Assembly (NCBI GenBank): GCA_963766075.1
Contig: CAVYAN010000113.1
Location: 1 to 64,000, forward strand
DNA length: 64,000 nucleotides
Direction of reading: 5' to 3'
Source: an uncultured cyanobacterium
GTDB taxonomy: Bacteria; Cyanobacteriota; Cyanobacteriia; Leptolyngbyales; Leptolyngbyaceae
Every line of letters starts with the position of its first letter. The stretch's first letter is position 1. The translations under genes were made by a program, and so were the position numbers. Positions 62,701 to 64,000 of this stretch are shown here, piece after piece. The notes beneath the pieces were generated by a model. That model searched no databases. It had not been told where the DNA came from and worked only from the letters and a program-made list of their open reading frames with translations.

Positions 62701-64000
62701 TCAACTGCGGGTTTCGGCGATAATGCCTTGGACGCGTCCGTACCATTTCAGGAGCACTTTGGCCAGGGCTTCGGGATTGTGTCGCACGAGGCTGGTGTTT
62801 TCGTCTTCGTACATCACATTGGCTAGCACAATCCGCCGTCCTGACTGGGTGACGACATCGCGGTCTAGGGGGACGGGATTGGAATGCTCGTCGGCGTAGC
62901 GGATTAAAGCTCGGGCAGAGGGGACCTTTTTCTGGACCAAAACGGCATTGAATAGTTTTGTGCCGCAGGCACGGTCGATCGCCCGCATATGGTCGCCGAC
63001 GCTGTAGCCCTCGGTTTCGCCCGGTTGGGTCATGATGTTGCAGACGTAGATGCAGGGCACGTTGCGCTGGGCGATCGCCGTGCAAATGTCTGGCACTAAC
63101 AGATTCGGAATTATGCTGGTATAGAGACTGCCGGGACCAATCACGATGTAGTCGGCTTCCTCGATCGCCGTCAGGGCTTTGGGGAGGGCAGGGGGATTCG
63201 CGGGGGTACAGCCAATCCGGACAATTTTGCCCCGAGCCTCGGTAATGTTGGACTCGCCTTCAATCCGGCGACCATCGGCCAGTTCTGCCCACAGGCTAAC
63301 ATCGCTAAGGGTGGCGGGGAGGACCTGCCCTCGAATTGCCAAGACCTTAGAACTGGCGGCGATCGCCTGCTCCAAATCGCCCGTCACCTCACTCATGGCT
63401 GTCAGGAACAAATTGCCAAAGCTATGCCCTGTGAGGCCATCTCCCGCCTTAAACCGATACTGAAACAGTTCCGTTAATAATTTTTCTTCATCGGCTAACG
63501 CTGCCAAGCAATTGCGAATATCACCGGGAGGCAATACGCCGATTTCCCGCCGCAATCGTCCCGAAGATCCTCCATCATCGGCCACCGTCACAATCGCCGT
63601 TACGTTGGAACTGTAACGCTTCAAGCCTCTCAGTAGGGTTGAAAGGCCCGTCCCTCCACCCAGCACCACAATTCGAGGCCCTCGATTGAGTCGGCGATGA
63701 TGCAATAACACATCCACTAACTCCTCATCCCCTTCTGGCATCAGCACTTCGGTAATGGATCCCAGCGTGCGCGTTTGGCCGAGCCATACCAGCAGTAACC
63801 CCAGGGCAATCACCACGGGACCACTAATGTAGTTCGGAAACCAGTCCGTAATGGTTTGCAGTAACTCTCGGGCCAGTTGGGTAAGGCGAAATACAGGGGT
63901 GCGTTTCATCCAAATGCCCAAGCCCACGGCGGCCATGACCACGCCAGTGGCACTGAGCAACAGCCATCGCTTGACCAGGAGTCCGGGTAGCAACCACTTA
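62701..64000 (-). CDS. yvcK: YvcK/GlmR (CofD-like) family protein, 5' end beyond the window
   Basis: '[14 protein letters not shown]', '[10 protein letters not shown]', 'PPGDIRNC', 'GHSFGNL', 'GPGSLYTS'. Confidence 0.93.
   Translation of the reverse strand, partial: KWLLPGLLVKRWLLLSATGVVMAAVGLGIWMKRTPVFRLTQLARELLQTITDWFPNYISGPVVIALGLLLVWLGQTRTLGSITEVLMPEGDEELVDVLLHHRRLNRGPRIVVLGGGTGLSTLLRGLKRYSSNVTAIVTVADDGGSSGRLRREIGVLPPGDIRNCLAALADEEKLLTELFQYRFKAGDGLTGHSFGNLFLTAMSEVTGDLEQAIAASSKVLAIRGQVLPATLSDVSLWAELADGRRIEGESNITEARGKIVRIGCTPANPPALPKALTAIEEADYIVIGPGSLYTSIIPNLLVPDICTAIAQRNVPCIYVCNIMTQPGETEGYSVGDHMRAIDRACGTKLFNAVLVQKKVPSARALIRYADEHSNPVPLDRDVVTQSGRRIVLANVMYEDENTSLVRHNPEALAKVLLKWYGRVQGIIAETRS

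Noticed and set aside
63636..63645. GGGTTGAAAG, the 3' end of type V-K CRISPR repeats
   Set aside because: Single occurrence inside yvcK, with no periodic repeats.
1..64000. Very high GCGATCGC density
   Set aside because: Known cyanobacterial HIP1; useful for taxonomy but not novel.

Overview
Chromosomal window from a cyanobacterium. The evidence is very dense HIP1 GCGATCGC octamers, phycobilisome lyase/regulator genes, sbtA/sbtB, cyanobacterial pyk and furC, and cyanobacteriochrome (CBCR) GAF domains. It carries about 45 genes. Housekeeping genes include proB, menH, pip, ampG, lexA, pyk, trkA, sbcC, rsmD, hisH and yvcK. There is a small phycobiliprotein-accessory island (nblB, cpeF-like, cpeR) with no cpeBA in view. 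A 16.5-kb co-oriented light-signalling cluster (21.9-38.5 kb) holds three CBCR histidine kinases (one CcaS/RcaE-type green/red GAF, two DXCF GAFs), two receiver relays and a c-di-GMP phosphodiesterase. It lies divergent from a TpsB transporter and a diguanylate cyclase. The most unexpected non-coding signal is a ~170-nt structured element (17403-17570, minus strand). Its motifs are collinear with the type V-K (Cas12k) tracrRNA scaffold as I recall it, but no cas gene, transposase or CRISPR array lies nearby. Modular MITE/REP-like repeats and many short tandem duplications are also present. About 16 single-base frameshifts interrupt genes; they look mostly like sequencing errors. All assignments come from motif recognition by eye; no database searches were run.
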